From Trichoplax adhaerens (Eukaryota > Animalia > Placozoa): a stretch of DNA of 64,000 bases. The stretch is taken from positions 200,415 to 264,414 of the forward strand of contig NW_002060966.1 in the NCBI RefSeq assembly GCF_000150275.1, written 5' to 3'. The notes under the pieces are model-generated. The model was not told the origin of the DNA. It saw only the letters and a list, made by a program, of their open reading frames with translations, and searched no databases. Shown in pieces: positions 13,430 through 27,082 of the stretch (position 1 is the first letter of the stretch; every line of letters begins with the position of its first letter). Position numbers and translations under genes: made by a program.

Positions 13430-16228
13430 TTGTAGTGATGCATCCATATTTGATTATGCGGATAGCTATATTTGATATAGTTAGGTTACTTTGAAAAGAT
13501 ACTAGTGCAAGCTCCCTTCGCTTTGCTGACGGTTTACGATAATGTGCTCATTTAACAGATAGTATTACTATTTGATAGACCTGTCAGAGATTCAGTAACT
13601 TTTTAGCGTGTATCCGTGTACTACTGTACAGTACTTTTACATGTTGACTAATTATCGTGCAAGATTTATGTAGCTAGAAACACTGTAGTTGTTAAGATGC
13701 CCTTCGAAGAATGGGCCTAGATGTAAATAGTAGAGTAGTGGCATTTTAAGTAGAATGATTTAGATTGTAAAAAATGATGTACAATTAGAGAAAAGCATTT
13801 TGTTTGATGATTCATGCCTGATTGTATATGAATCAAGCTGTCATAAATGGTTTTAACGAAATGTTTATAAGAACTGCAGAGATAAGCCTACAGGAGAGAA
13901 GAGATTACACTTCGCTTCGAGCTCGGAATACTTTAGATTTTAGACTAGATTCTTGTAGTAATTAATTATTGCTCTACCATTCCTAAAACTTTGTAATAAA
14001 AGCCTTTTAGAAAATACTATTTGACAAAGATAGTTATAGTGAGGCGCATTCATTACACCATTAGGAATAGAAGTTTGATATATATTACAGCTGTTCAAAT
14101 AACTGATCTAGAGGGTATAAAAGATTAGTGTCACGAAGTAGCCTTAAATAGTAATCATTTGAGGTACCAAGCTATCTAGCCCCCAAAAATACATTAAATA
14201 ATTCAACTCTAGCATTTTACAAGTGGATTAGTTAAAAACTTTTAGTCGGTTGATAGTAATGAATATAAATTTTACAGTTTAAATTTCCTCTTTTATTTAT
14301 AGGACTACTTAAAGAGACAATTTATACATCCAAATTCGAGTTTCAACTTAATCTGCCCCTTTATATGGACATACTCGTATAACAACATAACCAGTACACT
14401 TTGATCAGTAGGCAAATAAACTCCAAAAAAGACTCTACTAATTGTTAGCTGTCTAATGTATATTGACATAACAAGTATTACTCAAACAGACACTGAAGCA
14501 GCTATATTCTATGCAATGTTATTATCATAGTGAGACATATTGAGCATTATTTACCTATTCTGATGATTAATAACAACAACTGCAAACGGGTCTGAAGCTA
14601 TAGGAATTATTTATAGACAATCCTTTGCCATTTTAAACAGCTCCATTGATTGTGATTATAATTCTGCAATAACTCTTTTCGAAACAGAATCTATTTCCAA
14701 AAATTAGGAGATAGCTTTGCAAGATTCCGTGTAATATTACAGTACTTTCACATGACAGTATTGGAGATTAGTAGCAAAGGAAGAAAGAATCTGGATAATA
14801 TTTTTAAGCCTCTTATTCGGTATACAGTAATTATCCTATATAAATGCTAGCAAAGATCACTCCTTATTGTTAGGCGTTTTAAGAACTAAGTACCTCATAA
14901 TGAACAACTTTGATGTATTAAAATGTAATAAACCAAACTGATGCCTGTTTAAATTCGTTATAGGTTGCACGAGTCATGCAGTATTAGAAGAGTTTTTAAG
15001 GTCTGTAATGTCATGAAGTACCTTAAATAGTGCAATAAAAGTAACTGTGGCGTAATAAACTAAGAGTTATCATGCTAGCATTACTTGTGGTCAAACTGTA
15101 TTCTCTTGAAGTGTGATGAAAATTGATAATCAGTTGACGAATAGAATGCAATATTACATATTTTCTTTTTATATTATAGTGTTTGGACATGATATTCAGC
15201 CAATAGAAATAAAATAGAGTACCTTTACCAGGAAATGATTACCAGTTATCTAGCGTTTTGCTAAGGAAGTGATCGGTTATACTTGGTTTAATCAATTGCA
15301 AATAGCCATTAAAAAATGAAAATTTTTAATCAGTACGATTACTGCGATCAAAATTTTCTCGAAAGCGATAGAATCAGGACGCCAAATATGCCTATATTAA
15401 TTCAGTTTAGTTAGTTTTAAAATCGAACCCATTCAAACTTACAAAGTACGGTAAGGCCGGCATTAACGAGGGCATGTTTACTAGCCCTTGCTATTACGAG
15501 TTACGAGGCGATTTCAAGGATTATAATTAATTATACTACAGTACTTGCATCGACAAGAGAGTGTTTTTCTTTCACCATAACAATTTTTAAAATGGATTGC
15601 CTGGAAGTAAATAACCTATCATTATTCGGCTATTTTTAGATCTTATAAAACTTAAAGAACCTGGACTTCTAAGATCTACAAATACTGACAATCTGTAGTT
15701 ATTAATCTTGCTTAGCTTAATTACGGTTTACGATTAATCTAGGTTGGCAAATGTATTTAATTATAGATCATTTAAGCGATAATTGTATACCGTACCGGTA
15801 ACTTACGATATATGTATTAATATATAACATATATGTACACACGTACATCCTTTCGATGCCTGTATACGTCTTCGTAAACTTAAGTATTCAACTAGCTATT
15901 AGAATAAGATTGTATTTAATTTATTTTCGATAACGTGGACTTCATCTGTGATCATTCAAGACAAAATACACTAAAGTTTTACTTTAGACAGGAATTCGAT
16001 GCAGTAATCATCAAACAAATTTAAGAGTGCAAGTACTGCCTTGATTACAAAAATACTAACTCGTTCCTTTTAAGCTCATATTACAATACCTAGCTATAGT
16101 GATATTCTCATCATCTTAAATAGTAGAAAAATATTAGGAAATACGCTTCACACTTTTTAAAAGAAAGAATTAAAGCCATTTGACACGTTGGTCATTAATG
16201 CTACGATGTAGTTTGCATGTAAGTACGA

Positions 16229-16693
16229 TTATAGTTCGGTGTTGGATGGTTTGTTTTCCGTCTTATTTGGGCAATCGATATTGCAACTTAGCCATGACTG
16301 CTTCTGACCACAACACGTAGGAGAATTGAGCGGCTCACAGATTCCTGGATGAGAAAGACCGGTTGAGATTGACGGAGTTGCACCTACAGCCCATGTACAC
16401 TCAGGATCGCCAAGTTCTTCACCATTTGTTTTTCCATCTCCATCACTATCCATCTGACAAAGTGATTTAGTCCACGTATAGCCAGCATTAGCAAAATCAA
16501 CACCAAATGAATTCCTTGCATCAGCGCCGCCAGATGATTGATGGCCAACCCCAAGCCAGGGATTACTGATGTCCTCATGGCATGGATTAGGAACTTTTAC
16601 ACCATTTGGGATTTTTTCAGTAAAATCGCTGTAACCATTAATACAAACAACTTGAAATACACACAAGCACTTGATTATTAGCCACAAATTCAT
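16229..16693 (-). CDS. Secreted temptin-domain protein (154 aa, no anchor)
   Basis: Signal peptide, temptin motifs, Cys-rich extension and a polar C-terminus (NKTENKPSNTEL). Confidence 0.9.
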   Translation of the reverse strand: MNLWLIIKCLCVFQVVCINGYSDFTEKIPNGVKVPNPCHEDISNPWLGVGHQSSGGADARNSFGVDFANAGYTWTKSLCQMDSDGDGKTNGEELGDPECTWAVGATPSISTGLSHPGICEPLNSPTCCGQKQSWLSCNIDCPNKTENKPSNTEL

Positions 16694-19018
16694 CGCGATC
16701 GTTGACGTTGAAATACACGGGAGATCTTGTCAATTATAAATTAATTTCAAAATAGAACCAAAGCCAATTCTAACTTGTCACTTTTATCAATATTCTAAAT
16801 GGCTAAGCAATCCCTAATGCAAGTATCACCAGATCCAAGAATAAGACTTCAGTTAACAACTTGGTTTGAAGAAGCCAATCCGCCTTAACTCACGATGAAA
16901 TCTTCAGCTTGCGATGCCACTGTTATCCACTATCTTCTATTAGTGTATATGGGCTCGTTATCTTCGCCTACCAGCAATAGCAATAGACTCATTTAATTGG
17001 ATCGCTAACCAATCAGACAGAGAATCAGACTAACGATGATTTTCGATTGTCTACTAATCTATTCTTATCTAGTCGACGATTGTTATAGAGACAATGGAAT
17101 AGCTGATAGCACAGAGAAGGAAAAATCGAATGTAGAGAAATACTAGCTAGAATTGACAATCTTTTGGTCAAACCTAGTGCGGAAAATGGTTTAGGACTTT
17201 TAATCGGTGGTGAAGATTTCTTCTTCTCCTATAATACTATATCAAGGCGTTTTATAAGCCAAAAACGTGGACTACGAGATATATTAGTACTAGTAGATAG
17301 ATAAACTTGAGAAGTATATGACTAAAAAGGGCTGAAGAGTTGCTACTGGAGACTCTAGTACTAATATTAGACGGATAAAATGCGTTTGCTCAGTTGCATA
17401 ATGAGTTTGCGTAGTATGCTTTCAATCAACTACTTGATTTTATAACCGACTTAATGTAAATCAGATATTTTTGTGATTAATTAATTATTAAGGATCGATA
17501 TTCAAAATTAATCATTAATATTATCATATATCCCACCTTATGGTAGATCCGAGAAGCGGTATAGCAATTCTGTACTTTATTCAATGAATATAGAGATTAT
17601 GATTAACAACAACTACTTGCTGGGGCCATTTATAATTATATACCGAATTCGTAAATTTAACTCAGGAATAGTTATCAGTACTGTATTTACATTAAGTATT
17701 AATATCTACTGATTAATTGTAGTTCAACGGACTACTTGCTGTATGAAGGCTTAAATATGCATACCTGCTGGATATCTATTACTAGCGTCCATAAACTGTA
17801 AAACTAGTGTTATACTTATATATCCATCAATGTATGTGTGGTAAATAGTTTCACGCGTCAGGTCATCAAGACTTCATGCTTTTTGAACTAGCGTCGATAC
17901 CGATTCACGCTTTACTTTATATGATCGTCTATACGTCAAGGAATATTTTTACCTGCTGGGTCAGTGAATCTTCATACTTAATAGCGTTAATAATAATTAG
18001 TTATCCGCTGTAATTAATGTCAAGTTATAGAATTTGGATGCATTAATGTTGTTCCCAATCAGCTATACGTACCAATATTGATGCAACGTTGATTTATCGA
18101 TACTGTAAGAATGAAAGATCCTTCAGATATAATAATAATACTTTAATATTAATTGTTTTAACATGGTATTCACAGCAATGACAAATTGAAGATATTTTCT
18201 TTCACCAAGTTTAAGGTTATATTCTAACGCTTGTTAATAACAGAAGTAAAATTCGTCATATTTTGGAATCAACTGATAAAATAGTAATATCCGAATAATG
18301 TAAAGAAAGTATTCTGGTACAACATCTCCGTTATGATTTTAATTTATATAAGAAATTTTCAAGTCTTACGATATAAGAAGCGTGAGTGTCGTAAAGATTA
18401 TGTAGAACATCTGTATCATAGCCGCTAATTAGTTAAACTTAATTATGATTAAATACATGAAAGATTGACATCTGAGATTTTCAGAATTTCTTAACGTTTG
18501 TTCGCATTAAATACATCCAGTCTTGAATGATACCATTCGCATACGATGATAATCATAAGCCATAAATTTCTAATTAAAACTGGGAGTCTAAAATAAACAT
18601 CTACTATTTAATTTAAGTACCATATTGAACAGAACTTTCGAAACAATTTAACGGCAAAAACTTTTCCATTTAAATACGCTAAATGTTTCATCGGCCTTTC
18701 GCAAAGCATTTTAACTTAAAATGGCATATATTATGAATCGATGAATATGATAAGCGGTATATTTTGTACTTGATTTCATTTATTACACCATTTTTAGAAT
18801 TCACTTTGAAACTAATGAGCCTATAAGTAGTCTAGAACTTATTTCTTATATTAAGTTATTCCCGTAGTAGTTGAGTTGAATTTATATTTTCAGTATCTTT
18901 AGCAGTATGATTACATTTTACTAAACCACCCCTAGGATAGCTTTAGGTATTTTTCTTAGTGCTAACAATGGTCTGGAGAACATCTTGCGTTAGTTATGGC
19001 AATATCTATTTTATCAAT

Positions 19019-21949
19019 TTAAGTTAATGTGAATTTTCCATGATGTTCTTCCGATATAGCATAGATATTGTCAATTTGTTGCTTTGTCTGTCCATTTAAT
19101 TCAGTCGGGTAGAAAAGACAGTTACGTTCCGCATCTCCCCATTTCTTCCATAAATCGTAATGTGTCGATTTTCGTTTATCTGCTACCCATTTATTATCAT
19201 ATAAGTTATTGCATAAGCCGCACAAATCGCTAATATCATTTCCCTTGTCGACTTTGTAGTGTAAACGCCACATGAAATAATGATTATATAATGTATCATC
19301 ATTATCGAGTTGTTTTAAATACTTTGCTAGTTGATAGCTGCTAGCAAAATTGAAAACATTTATGAGAGAATACGGAGGTGCAGTCCTTGGATCTTCATAA
19401 TTGGCACCTCCAACAACCACAGGCACAATATCATATTTTAAACCACGGGTATACAATTCCTGAGTAGCATAATCACGACAAATAGAATCTTCCATAATAA
19501 GTAAAAACTTATATTTTCGAGCAATCATTTCCATACAGTGTTGAGTCCCATTAGGGCATGTGATATTCCCACATGGTCCATAAGCATCAATTGGAATAAA
19601 TTGTCGTAAATTATTTAGGAAAGTTTTGGTTTGATGATTGCATCTTGCTGAATAATATGCCATTAATTTTGTCTTTCCTTGAGCATAATTTCGTTGTGGA
19701 TCAAACTGCTGCTGAAAATTGCCTTTTGTAATCGATCCATAATGATGGATTAAATCAGCATCATGAGTATGACTCATTACTAGATTAAACATGGCCAAAT
19801 GAAAGCGTAAAATTTTAATATGAGCTTGTTGATTATAAACTGGACTACGTCGATTATGATAAATCCATAATTGTTGCTCAGGACGCAATTTCATCTCGGG
19901 GAAGTATTGGAAAGAGCTAAATTCCTTTCGGTAATTTTGAAAAATGACCGCAGCACTTTTAGTATACTGGCTAGGATCTCGCACAACACGACAATGATGC
20001 TGTCCACAGGATAAATCAATACCAGCTTCAGATTGATGACGATTTGGATGCTGGCTCCATATCAGAATTGTTTTGATTCTGGGTAGACGATTGATGATCT
20101 GCCTCTCTAATGGACTACTAATAGATTTGGGCTGGCGTAACATCTGCAATGGCCAAGTTTCGCCTTCCATTGGATCTAATTCATAATTTTGTTTTTTATG
20201 CTTAACCACCGATGGCATAAGCGCTTTTTTTCCTGATTTTCTACTTAAATGTTGCCGTCTAGATAGATCCGAATGAACTTTATTAATTGATTTTTTAATA
20301 CCCAATTTTCTTTCTTGTAAACTCGATAGTCTTGACATTTTTTGCTTCTTATGCATTCTAACCGATTGATTTGCTCTTAGTCTTATGGTAGAATTACCGA
20401 GTGATCGTAATTTTGTGACATTTGATGTTTTCTTTGTCTTAATTCGAAATTTTAAGTTCTTCTTGGATGGTAAGTTCTGAATATTGCTTGTATCCATAGA
20501 ATCGGATTCTTCTTCGTCTGTGTCGATCAAGTTTTGTCGATTTTTATCTCCTGTATTGACGGTCTGGCGATCCATTGAGTAACGATTTTTCTTCTTGGCT
20601 TTGTATTTCCCCAATTTTAGGTTCATTTTTCCCTTAGCATTCTTTTCCGTTAGTGCTTTGTTCGAGGATTTCGATATTTTAGATTTTGGAAACGATTCCT
20701 GTTCATCATTTAATCTTTCTTCCTCTTCATCCAATGGAGAATCTTCATCATCATCGCTATCAATTTCATCCAACTCAATAGACCCAAGAGTATTCTTATC
20801 ATACTCTCTGCCGCCACTTATAATTGATTTATTCTTAGATGTCTTGACAGTTTTCGATTGATTTGGTTTTGATTTTTCTTTCCCATTCTCGGAGATTTCT
20901 GCATAAGGATCTTCTTCTTGATAAGGATCCAGCTCATCTTCATATCCTAAAGTATCATCGAAACTGTCATCGGAGTCCGGTACTTTTTCCTTAGCTTTAA
21001 TAAAAATCTTCTTTCCCTTCTGGATTTTTGCTACTTTTTTTGCGTTGATCGGCAATTTAGTATGAAGGTGCCAAGTTCTATTCTTTTTTTTTAAATCTTG
21101 ATATTTAACTTTTCCTTTTAAATGAGATAATTTTCCATTTTTATGGCCATGGCGAAGTTTTGACAGGGCTTTTACTTTTGTTTTCTTCCTTGCAATTTCA
21201 GTTTTATTTCTGGAAAGAGATGAATTTAATTTGGAATTCTTGATGGCACCTTTGGAAGTTGCATTTTTAGAAGGTACGATAACCAATCCTTTATGCCCCT
21301 GGTGACGATGGTGTACACCTTTGCTTTTTAAACCGTTGGAAGTTTTATTGCTTAATTGCCGATGAATGACGTTCGAAGGATTTTTTTTCAATTTATTACC
21401 AAAGGCTTGAGAGTAAACATCATTTTTATTTAAAGCAAAGGTATTATTAGGTTTCTTTTTCGGTAATGACTGCTTAAACGGCAATTTGAAGGTATCCAAT
21501 TTTTTCTTACTCAATTGTTGCATGATCTGAATTTTTTTACGCTGATTTGATGTATCATTCATTTTAGATTCAAACTTATAAAAATTGGAATTCAATTTAG
21601 ATGATTGATGGAATGATTTCTGCTTAAGTTTAGGCGAGAGTTTACTGCCACTGTCAACAGAATTGGACTTTAAACGAACCGATTTTGATTTGCTATTGAT
21701 GTAATTTTTAGCCGCATTTTGAAGATTTTTTCTCTCGTCTAGAGGTGATATTTTCTCTTTCTGCTGGTGCGATTTCTTATCCTTAGATGATTGCTGATGC
21801 TCAGGCTGACTAGTTATAATCATGGCGAAAAAGAAAACAGCAATTAAAACTACAACTAAAACTTTACATCGTTTTAATTTACGATAACGCGATTCTCTAA
21901 TCATTTTGGATAGACGATTAGTACGAGGACTTTCATCGGGATTATTCAT
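19019..21949 (-). CDS. GT10 alpha-1,3-fucosyltransferase-like type II membrane protein with very long charged stem; probable pseudoenzyme
   Basis: Basic N-tail, TM at aa ~30-47, ~580-aa Lys-rich/acidic stem, then a C-terminal GT10 pattern (TILIW, RP..Q.W, IDAYGPCG, YKFLLIMEDSICRDYATQEL, VPVVVGG, LAKYLKQLD..Y..YF.WR). Confidence 0.88.
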   Translation of the reverse strand: MNNPDESPRTNRLSKMIRESRYRKLKRCKVLVVVLIAVFFFAMIITSQPEHQQSSKDKKSHQQKEKISPLDERKNLQNAAKNYINSKSKSVRLKSNSVDSGSKLSPKLKQKSFHQSSKLNSNFYKFESKMNDTSNQRKKIQIMQQLSKKKLDTFKLPFKQSLPKKKPNNTFALNKNDVYSQAFGNKLKKNPSNVIHRQLSNKTSNGLKSKGVHHRHQGHKGLVIVPSKNATSKGAIKNSKLNSSLSRNKTEIARKKTKVKALSKLRHGHKNGKLSHLKGKVKYQDLKKKNRTWHLHTKLPINAKKVAKIQKGKKIFIKAKEKVPDSDDSFDDTLGYEDELDPYQEEDPYAEISENGKEKSKPNQSKTVKTSKNKSIISGGREYDKNTLGSIELDEIDSDDDEDSPLDEEEERLNDEQESFPKSKISKSSNKALTEKNAKGKMNLKLGKYKAKKKNRYSMDRQTVNTGDKNRQNLIDTDEEESDSMDTSNIQNLPSKKNLKFRIKTKKTSNVTKLRSLGNSTIRLRANQSVRMHKKQKMSRLSSLQERKLGIKKSINKVHSDLSRRQHLSRKSGKKALMPSVVKHKKQNYELDPMEGETWPLQMLRQPKSISSPLERQIINRLPRIKTILIWSQHPNRHQSEAGIDLSCGQHHCRVVRDPSQYTKSAAVIFQNYRKEFSSFQYFPEMKLRPEQQLWIYHNRRSPVYNQQAHIKILRFHLAMFNLVMSHTHDADLIHHYGSITKGNFQQQFDPQRNYAQGKTKLMAYYSARCNHQTKTFLNNLRQFIPIDAYGPCGNITCPNGTQHCMEMIARKYKFLLIMEDSICRDYATQELYTRGLKYDIVPVVVGGANYEDPRTAPPYSLINVFNFASSYQLAKYLKQLDNDDTLYNHYFMWRLHYKVDKGNDISDLCGLCNNLYDNKWVADKRKSTHYDLWKKWGDAERNCLFYPTELNGQTKQQIDNIYAISEEHHGKFTLT

Positions 21950-24900
21950 GATGGCGATTTAATACAACTAAAACTAAAATGACAAATTGCTAATACTATT
22001 AGACAAATTGAACCAAATTGGTCAACATCTGTATCATAGGCTATTCATTGTCTATTTCAGTCGCATCCGATGAATTTGAAAAATTCTGTTTTTCTCATTT
22101 ATTCGTGTGAATGATCCCTTTACCAGATGTTGCCTACAATTTAAAAAGTTGATTGGACGCTAAAATTATCGATCGCGTGCCGAAATTTGGCCATTTCTAT
22201 TTATTTTTGGTCGTCTTTATTAGAAAGGGATCCACCTTAATCTTTTAATTCAAGTTGTACATAAATTCACTCTTTCGATCCATAGACTGCATAGCCACCA
22301 GGGTTAACCTTAAAATATTATATATTAACTGATGATTTACAACGCTCGGAGAATTAGGTTCTACGTAAGGAATAGGGTAAAATTTACAATTATTATTATC
22401 ATGCTGAACGAGCGTAAGATTTTCTTATATGATATCACTAATTAAGGATGTTACGGACATACGCGAAATGTAAGCAACATAAGGCAAAAATAAAGGTTGA
22501 ATTAAAGTTGATGCTGTGCATCAGTAAATAATAAATATTATTGTGTGCTATAGAATACGCTAATTTACTTATTTCAAACTCATCAGCGTTCGTAGTAGAT
22601 AATTATACTTCTAATTATATCAAAGATTATCACTAGATATTCCAATAATTAGAAGTTATTTTTAATCCGCTATGATCATGGCACGTGCTTGGGATAATAC
22701 GGCATCATAACAGCGATCAATCATGTTTAATTAAAGTATAAACTCATTATGCGATTTAATCAACTATAAGAAAAGGGAAGCGATTGAATAGTAAACCTAA
22801 AGCTTATTTATTTGCCTTTGCAGCATTAACTTCTACATAACATTAGTACAAAAGTAAGCAGTGAAACAAAGTGTTATGTAAAACAACCGCATGTTCATGA
22901 GACAGAATTTATTCATAAACCACGGTATGATGGCCATGGAAAGCTAGGCCAAGCTTTGCATAAGATAGAAATTAAAAACCCGTCTACATTCACATAATGC
23001 AAAACAAGGTAACCATTTATTGATTACATTTTATTTATTTGCAAAACTTTTGAAAACCTAGAGCAAAATATTGCAGTGAGAAAGCATTCATGTCATGGAA
23101 AGAAATCTTGCTATTTTGACTTCTATCATTAACATTTAGCATGGATTTAGTTGCCTAGAAGATTTGTTGAATCTTATTGACTAGTTTTCAAAAGCCGTCG
23201 ATCCGAAGCTCTGTTAAAACAAATTATCTAAACGTAGTAGGATATGGAAATTTCCTTTATGTTCTATACCTTTTGTATATCGCGAGATTGAAGACTAGCA
23301 AAGATAATGATTTTTGGTAAACAAGTTCCGTAAATGATGTTATTAAGCGATAGAAACTCTTGGTTTTAATAATCTACAATAAGTGAATTGCTTTAATGCA
23401 ATTAAATTAGTATCGGAAGTTTAATTTATCTTAATATACATATTAAATTGCCCCTTATTACTGAACGATATTTACAATCTACTACCATATAGTGGAATTT
23501 TATTACATTTCGAAGAATATTTCTTATCGTAGACTTTCTCAACGTAGCTTTACTTTATTAGTAACTTTAGAAACTAGGTAAATCATGCATACGGAAAAAG
23601 TGACAAGCAAGCTTTTAATGTACTTTTAGCAAAAGGTGATTTAACAGCTAGTCTAAATATACGATGAAAGGGTTTTGATCCTCAACATTTGCAATTGCAG
23701 AGTCGAAATTTGAGTTATTAATTCGAGAAAATCTCTAATATGACGTAATATAGCCAGCATCGCTTTAACCTTAAAAGTAAGGTTTAATTAATATCTATCT
23801 GTCAGAGAAGAATTCACTTCTCTGCCTGTAATAGCTTATCCATAACGCGATACAACATCCCTTTGCCTTATTTTACTCGAGAGTTAATAATTATATTACT
23901 TATTGAGCACGCCATCATCTACAATCATCCTACTATATATCGAACAACTGACAGTTTAACTAAGTCACAGATTGCTTTACTTTAAATAGCAATGATGTAA
24001 TATATAATATTACAATATAATATTATATATAGTTTAATAGATAAATGCTTACTTCTATGGTATTATCTATAGTATTATCTATTTGGGTATTGATAATCGA
24101 TAATGTCATTCTAATCGTACTGTAAATTAACTAATATTTACAACATAAAGTCAGAGTTCAGTTTGTTCAAAAGATAGAATAATGATTACCGATTGTCTGA
24201 CGATAGCGAGATCGCCAGTATTTAGAGTTGTCTTTTTGGTAGATATTGAGATGGACAAATCTGATGGTAGGCTCGTAGTGTTGTATTTCTCGTTTTCCTT
24301 TTAAATTTTTCCGTTACAATTGTAGAATTGTGACCATATAATTATCAAAGATTTGAGTTAGCGATAATAGTGATGAGCCTGGCAAGTCTTTTATGACTAT
24401 TCATTCAAGCAATGTATTGTGTGAAATATTGTATCATGCCTGTGATGCAGTGTTATGTCATACCGAAATTCTGAACGTGGATTAACAGTTAATAAGAATA
24501 ATAGTTTCGTAAGAATTCTTAATTATCAAACAGCTGATTGATTGGTCGATCCGAAGTGCTAAATTATCGTTCCATTACCAAATGCTAACTACTGATATAA
24601 ATAATTAATAATTACTTAACAATTTTATACCTGTGTTATTGTTCTGTACATGCTGGCCTTAGACGGATGATATTATTCAGGATTATGGATTACCTAAAAT
24701 GGAAGCAACCATTCTTTATCGATAATGATTATAATCAATAGCTTGAAGAAGCATTTTAGCACTGACAGCGACAGTACGTTACCATTGGTATGAATTGAAT
24801 GAAAATAACAGATATGTACTTATTGATTTAATGAAGAGCTGCTAACTTAATTGTTTTATGAATAATTTTAATAAATTTCTTGAAGTCTAATTTCTTTGTA

Positions 24901-27082
24901 CAAGACATAGACAGGTTAATTTATATAAAATGACAAATTATCAATTTGTTTATTTAAATGTCACACAGTATGTACACAATTTTTACGCAAGCGTAAGCAG
25001 GCCTAATTCACTAAAACTGCAGAGCTAATAAAAGCACTTAATTTTTCAAAGGCAAAGTAAAGAGTGGAAATAAAGTGCTTTCTACCGATTTATTTCTAGC
25101 CATGATGTCTCAATATCGAAATTTTACGTCGATTTTCCTTATAGAAACTATTATTTGAAATCTCTAATCATATTCGAATTCTAAGGAATAGGATAGAAAA
25201 TTGGCAGTAATTATAAAACAGCTTTAATAATATTAAAACTCTTCAAGTAAACAATGGCAAACCTCATTTCTAGCTATCCTATCTGCATATACTATAATTC
25301 TTTACTATTTTATGACATGGCTACCACCTAGATAATGCAGATGGAGAGCAATAATAATGCTGCTAATGCTGGTTAAATTTCTAGCAGAACACGAAATAAA
25401 TTCATTGCTAATTTATAGTTCAAAAATCCTATTTTATATCTAATTTCTATTTACAGCTAGAAAAATCATTCTAGATGGTGGATGAAATCATTTATTAGCA
25501 TTTTAATTGTGCCCTTTCCGTTCATTTATCACCATCGAGTATAATATAGCACAGCATCCTTCTACGGTTATAAATTGAGAATTTGGACTTATTTATGACG
25601 TCATATATCAGAATATGAAATACCAGATGTTACAACTTTTGCCCAATGTCATGAATTGGCAGGGAAAATATAACAGCAGTAACAATCTGAAGGTAATGGT
25701 TTATCCAACCTATCTGTTTACTGGCACAAAACACATTGACAGTAATAATATTCATGCTTGATCGCCGATTATCGTTGCTTTCGGTGAGAAATACGCCAAA
25801 TGGTTGCATTGAAATGATATGTATCAAATTAGCATGATGGTATTTCAATCAGAAAATTGGAAAAAAATTAGTTCGTATTGATTAAATGACAATAAATACC
25901 GTTATCAGCCAAGTTCATGGATATCAAGGTCACGATTCCGGTCGTTTTTGCAATGTCATTTTGATCGTTTAGTCATGTAATAGCCATTAAATTGTAATGA
26001 AAATTTGCCTATTTTTTACTGGAAGATCCTTTATTAACTTGAATACTTTGGCTATTCTGGTAGATTATAATGACAGAATACTCCAGATCCAATGATCATC
26101 CGTAAATAAGTATAAAAGAGAGATTACTGCACTACCTATGCCGCAAGTCCCAGTCGAAACTTTCTCTTATAAACGACGATAATACTAAATCGATTAAGTT
26201 ATGAAGATTTTGAGGCTTCATCATTCGGTATGAAAATAAACATTTCCTTTAAATTGATTCATTTCTTGAGTCTTTCTGTTATCGTTTACTCTGGGAGTTT
26301 AAGCTCTACTGCAAGAGCTATCAATATATTTGACTTTGATCATTATTATAGCTGTTAATCCTATTGATTTATCCAATGTACAGATAAATAATTAAATTGA
26401 TTTTATTAATATCCATAAAGCAGAAATAAAAGTAAGATGGGCCAAAAAACGATCTTTATTAAAGCAATAAAATTGTAAAGACAGAAATAAAAGAGTCAAT
26501 GTTGGACACAGTCATTGTATCTGATACGAATTAGGATATAGTACTGGTAGTTACGGTGATTTTTAAATTGACACCTATCTACTTTCAGTATTTTTTTAAT
26601 GTATGTATTAGTTCATATCCAAGCAATAAAACAAAATAGAAAATAACATCAGCTTATTACTTTCGCTTCCGTTTTCATAGCTTGCTTGGAAGCAATAGCT
26701 AATAATATGGATAATTAATATACCGGCTTGAATTAGTATTGTATTCAATCATAGCTTCAGAAAGAAATCGAAAATGATTTTTACATCTCTTTATTCCTAT
26801 TTTCAAACACTTTAAGAATGGAATCACTTTAATGCCTTTTATTTCATTCATCCACTTTTTAGAATAGTGAACTAAATTGAATAAAATCGTATGGACGCTT
26901 TTCTAATGAAAGAAAACTTGAATAGAAGCGTAATTTATCTAAATGAAAATTCTTTCAAATTTTTTTATCGGCGAAAAGAAAGGAAAACTGAATGGAAGTG
27001 CATATGTATAAGGCTATTCGCGATCATATTCTCATATCAGTTTAAAGTGATCCTTTATTCGTTTAAGAAATCAACGATTAGA

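Noticed and set aside
20595-20861. 88-aa Ser-rich ORF on + strand
   Set aside because: Antisense shadow of the acidic block of the GT10-like gene.
25630-26000. Short ORF and coding-like composition
   Set aside because: No recognisable motif in the frames I read; multiple stops.
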